NCBI GenBank assembly: GCA_036382195.1
Contig: DASVIG010000045.1
Coordinates: 1-62,973, forward strand
Direction: 5' to 3'
From: Candidatus Nanopelagicaceae bacterium
Lineage (GTDB): Bacteria > Actinomycetota > Actinomycetes > Nanopelagicales > Nanopelagicaceae
DNA: 62,973 bases
Part shown: positions 60,620 to 62,973 of the stretch, piece after piece
How the letters are laid out: every line of letters starts with the position of its first letter
How positions within the stretch are numbered: the first letter of the stretch is position 1
Position numbers and translations under genes: made by a program
Notes under the pieces: generated by a model
Told to the model about the DNA's origin: nothing
The model's database searches: none
The model's input: only the letters and a program-made list of their open reading frames with translations

Positions 60620-62973
60620 TTGGTTAAAGCGGTTAAGGCTGGCTTAAAAAAACTGGTGATCGTTGAATCACCGGCGAAGGCTCGCAAAATTGGCGACTAC
60701 CTTGGCGATGGCTTCATCGTCGAGGCTAGCGTCGGTCATATCCGCGATCTGCCCCAGCGCGCTGCCGATATTCCCAAGGAGTACAAGGGCGTCGCCTGGG
60801 CCAAAGAAGGCGTCAATATTGAGGAAGATTTCGCACCTCTGTATGTCATTAACCCCGATAAGAGAGCCAAAGTCGCTGAATTAAAGAAGTTGATGAAGGG
60901 CGCGGACGAACTCATCCTGGCAACGGACGAGGACCGCGAGGGCGAAGCAATCGCCTGGCATCTGGTTGAAGTTCTCAAGCCGAAGATCCCGATCAAACGG
61001 ATGGTCTTCAACGAGATCACCAAAGAGGCAATCCAGAAAGCGGTCAACGACACTCGCGATCTGGATTACCACCTCATCGACGCCCAAGAAACTCGTCGCG
61101 TTCTCGATCGCCTCTTTGGTTACCGCTTATCTCCTGTGCTCTGGAAGAAAGTCATGCCGCGTATTTCGGCCGGACGCGTGCAGTCTGTCGCCACCCGTCT
61201 CATCGTTGAAAAAGAACGCGAACGGATGGCCTTCATTTCATCCTCGTGGTGGGATGTCTCGGCAAAATGCGAACTGGGATTCACCGCCCGACTCATCAAC
61301 GTCGAGGGTAAGAAAGTTGCTGCCACTAGTGATTTCGGTGCAGACGGCGCAGTCAAAGAGAAATCGTTATCTAACATTCTCCTGCTCAATGAGAGATCCG
61401 CAAAGGACCTGGTTGCCTCATTAAAGTCCTCGCCATTGACGGTGAAGTCGATCGAAGAGTCCCCCCGTACCGAAAGACCAAAGCCGCCTTTCACCACATC
61501 TACCCTGCAGCAAGATGCCGGCGGACGTCTGGGATGGGGCGCGCAGATCACGATGCGCATTGCCCAACGCCTGTATGAGAATGGGTACATCACGTATATG
61601 CGTACCGATTCGGTCAATCTTTCGGCGCAAGCTGTAACCGCTGCCCGCAATGCCGCTAAATCTTTATACGGTGCCGATCATGTTTCACCGACTCCACGCG
61701 TGTACGCGGGGAAGACCAAGAATGCCCAAGAAGCGCATGAAGCCATCCGTCCGGCTGGCGAAGTTTTCCGCACACCGGGGGAGTTGGCTCCAGAACTTTC
61801 GCGCGATGAATTCTCACTCTATGACTTGATCTGGAAGCGCACCGTTGCCTCGCAGATGGCCGATGCCAAGAAGATGCAGATGCGCGTGGATTTTGATGCA
61901 ACCACAAACGACAACAAAGCAGTTCTTTTCCGCGCCAACGGTTCGGTGCTCACCTTCCCGGGATTCTTAGCTGCTTATGACGAGATAACTGATGAGAAGA
62001 GCGATGAAGAATCCGAGGACCGCCGTCTGCCGGCAATGAGCGTCGGCCAAGCGGTAAAAGTAGCTGAATTCAACTGCGAAGGCCACGACACTAAGCCTCC
62101 TGCCCGCTACACCGAACCGACCCTCGTGAAGAAATTGGAAGAGCTTGGCATCGGTCGCCCCTCGACTTTCGCCTCGATTATTCAGACCATTCAAGATCGG
62201 GGATACGTATACAAACGCGGTCGCGCGCTGGTGCCCGCATTCCTCGCATTCTCGGTGACCGGATTGCTCGAGCAGCATTTTGCCAAGTTGGTCGATTACG
62301 AATTTACGGCGAGCATGGAAGAGGATCTCGACAAGATTGCCAGCGGCCAGGCCCAACGCGTGGATTGGTTACGCGACTTTTATTATGGCGTCAATGGAGA
62401 ACCTGGCCTCAACGAATTATCTGCCGACCTTGGCGCAATCGATGCGCGCGAAGTCAACACGATGCGGTTGGGCGATGACATCCAGATCCGTGTGGGTCGC
62501 TACGGTGCCTATCTGCAACAGGGCGAAGGCGATGATCGCAAACTTGCCAATATTCCAGAGACGATGGCCCCCGACGAATTAACACTTGCTAAGGCAATTG
62601 AGATTCTCGCCCAACCATCGGGCGAGCGTGATCTCGGTATTGATCCAGCGACCGGTTTGGAAGTTATTGCTAAGTCCGGGCGATTTGGCCCATACGTCTC
62701 TGAAGTTCTGCCCGAGGGTGCCAAGAAGAGCGAGAAAGCAAAAACTGCATCATTGCTTTCCACAATGACTCTGGACACCATTACCTTTGATGATGCGTTG
62801 AAACTGCTCTCGCTTCCACGCACTTTAGGTGTCGACTCACAGACCGGCGAAGAGATCACCGTTCAAAATGGCCGTTACGGGCCGTACTTGAAACGCGGCG
62901 CCGATTCGCGGACGCTGACCAGCGAAGACCAACTCTTCTCGCTCTCCTTGGATGAAGCCGAAACGATTTACAA
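60620..62973 (+). CDS. topA: DNA topoisomerase I, N-terminal about 780 aa; 3' end lies outside the window
   Basis: My own translation of the frame starting at TTG 60620, which follows GAGGA by 9 nt, reads LVKAVKAGLKKLVIVESPAKARKIGDYLG. Downstream are Toprim TDEDREGEAIAWH and SAGRVQSVATRL. The frame is open to the window end. It is absent from the ORF track because there is no stop. GTG 60656 is an alternative start. Confidence 0.9.
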   Translation, partial: MVKAVKAGLKKLVIVESPAKARKIGDYLGDGFIVEASVGHIRDLPQRAADIPKEYKGVAWAKEGVNIEEDFAPLYVINPDKRAKVAELKKLMKGADELILATDEDREGEAIAWHLVEVLKPKIPIKRMVFNEITKEAIQKAVNDTRDLDYHLIDAQETRRVLDRLFGYRLSPVLWKKVMPRISAGRVQSVATRLIVEKERERMAFISSSWWDVSAKCELGFTARLINVEGKKVAATSDFGADGAVKEKSLSNILLLNERSAKDLVASLKSSPLTVKSIEESPRTERPKPPFTTSTLQQDAGGRLGWGAQITMRIAQRLYENGYITYMRTDSVNLSAQAVTAARNAAKSLYGADHVSPTPRVYAGKTKNAQEAHEAIRPAGEVFRTPGELAPELSRDEFSLYDLIWKRTVASQMADAKKMQMRVDFDATTNDNKAVLFRANGSVLTFPGFLAAYDEITDEKSDEESEDRRLPAMSVGQAVKVAEFNCEGHDTKPPARYTEPTLVKKLEELGIGRPSTFASIIQTIQDRGYVYKRGRALVPAFLAFSVTGLLEQHFAKLVDYEFTASMEEDLDKIASGQAQRVDWLRDFYYGVNGEPGLNELSADLGAIDAREVNTMRLGDDIQIRVGRYGAYLQQGEGDDRKLANIPETMAPDELTLAKAIEILAQPSGERDLGIDPATGLEVIAKSGRFGPYVSEVLPEGAKKSEKAKTASLLSTMTLDTITFDDALKLLSLPRTLGVDSQTGEEITVQNGRYGPYLKRGADSRTLTSEDQLFSLSLDEAETIY

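Noticed and set aside
60663-60884. Listed ORF 60663..60884 (73 aa)
   Set aside because: It is out of frame within the topA 5' region. The topA frame starting at 60620 gives canonical Toprim motifs (VIVESPAKA, TDEDREGE).
61120-61650. Long antisense ORFs inside well-supported genes. Examples are 61120..61650 in topA, 56908..57411 in the aldo/keto reductase, 9541..9993 in dnaN, 32954..33382 in the M20 gene and 35804..36184 in the dehydrogenase.
   Set aside because: Each lies opposite a gene with clear family motifs. They have low-complexity, Arg/Ser/Pro-rich composition typical of shadow frames and no recognisable motifs or RBS.

Overview
This window is the chromosomal replication-origin region of an actinobacterium with moderate GC and a very compact gene arrangement. 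That identification is an inference from gene content and synteny only, with no database search. The gene order matches the conserved Streptomyces/Mycobacterium origin neighbourhood. On the minus strand it runs pknB(partial)-trpG-crgA-rhomboid-ppiA-tRNA(Ala,Ile)-gyrA-gyrB-dciA-recF-dnaN-[oriC]-dnaA. It then diverges onto the plus strand as rpmH-rnpA-yidD-yidC-jag-rsmG-parA-parB. Next come an aminotransferase, cwlM, trxA, trxB, murJ, an Rv3909-like envelope protein, a NUDIX hydrolase, cca, an MFS transporter, a DUF5318-like Zn-ribbon protein, a class A PBP and a GT-C membrane protein. After those are rpsF-ssb-rpsR-rplI, a three-gene metabolic insert (M20 amidohydrolase, choline-kinase-like enzyme, dimethylglycine/sarcosine-dehydrogenase-like enzyme) and dnaB. 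The remainder holds an EamA transporter, a FadE5-like acyl-CoA dehydrogenase, ctaA, tRNA-Gly, dcd, lemA-htpX, an OmpR-type two-component system, a membrane HdrD/GlpC-like Fe-S protein, an orphan solute-binding protein, lldD, the dnaK-grpE-dnaJ-hspR operon, pyrE, an aldo/keto reductase, dedA, hppA and a partial topA. Non-coding features I can support are three tRNAs, rpmH (missing from the ORF track), DnaA-box clusters, two parS sites, an HspR operator (HAIR), one intrinsic terminator and two in-frame coding microsatellites. I found no mobile element, CRISPR array, defence island or convincing novel multi-gene system; this is essentially core genome. The most interesting leads are small-scale. 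A tRNA-Ala 3' end lies 1 nt from the ppiA start codon. Extra DnaA-box arrays sit upstream of dnaB and in a convergent spacer. A divergent gene pair shares overlapping start codons. A membrane HdrDE-like Fe-S protein of unknown substrate is co-oriented with a two-component system.
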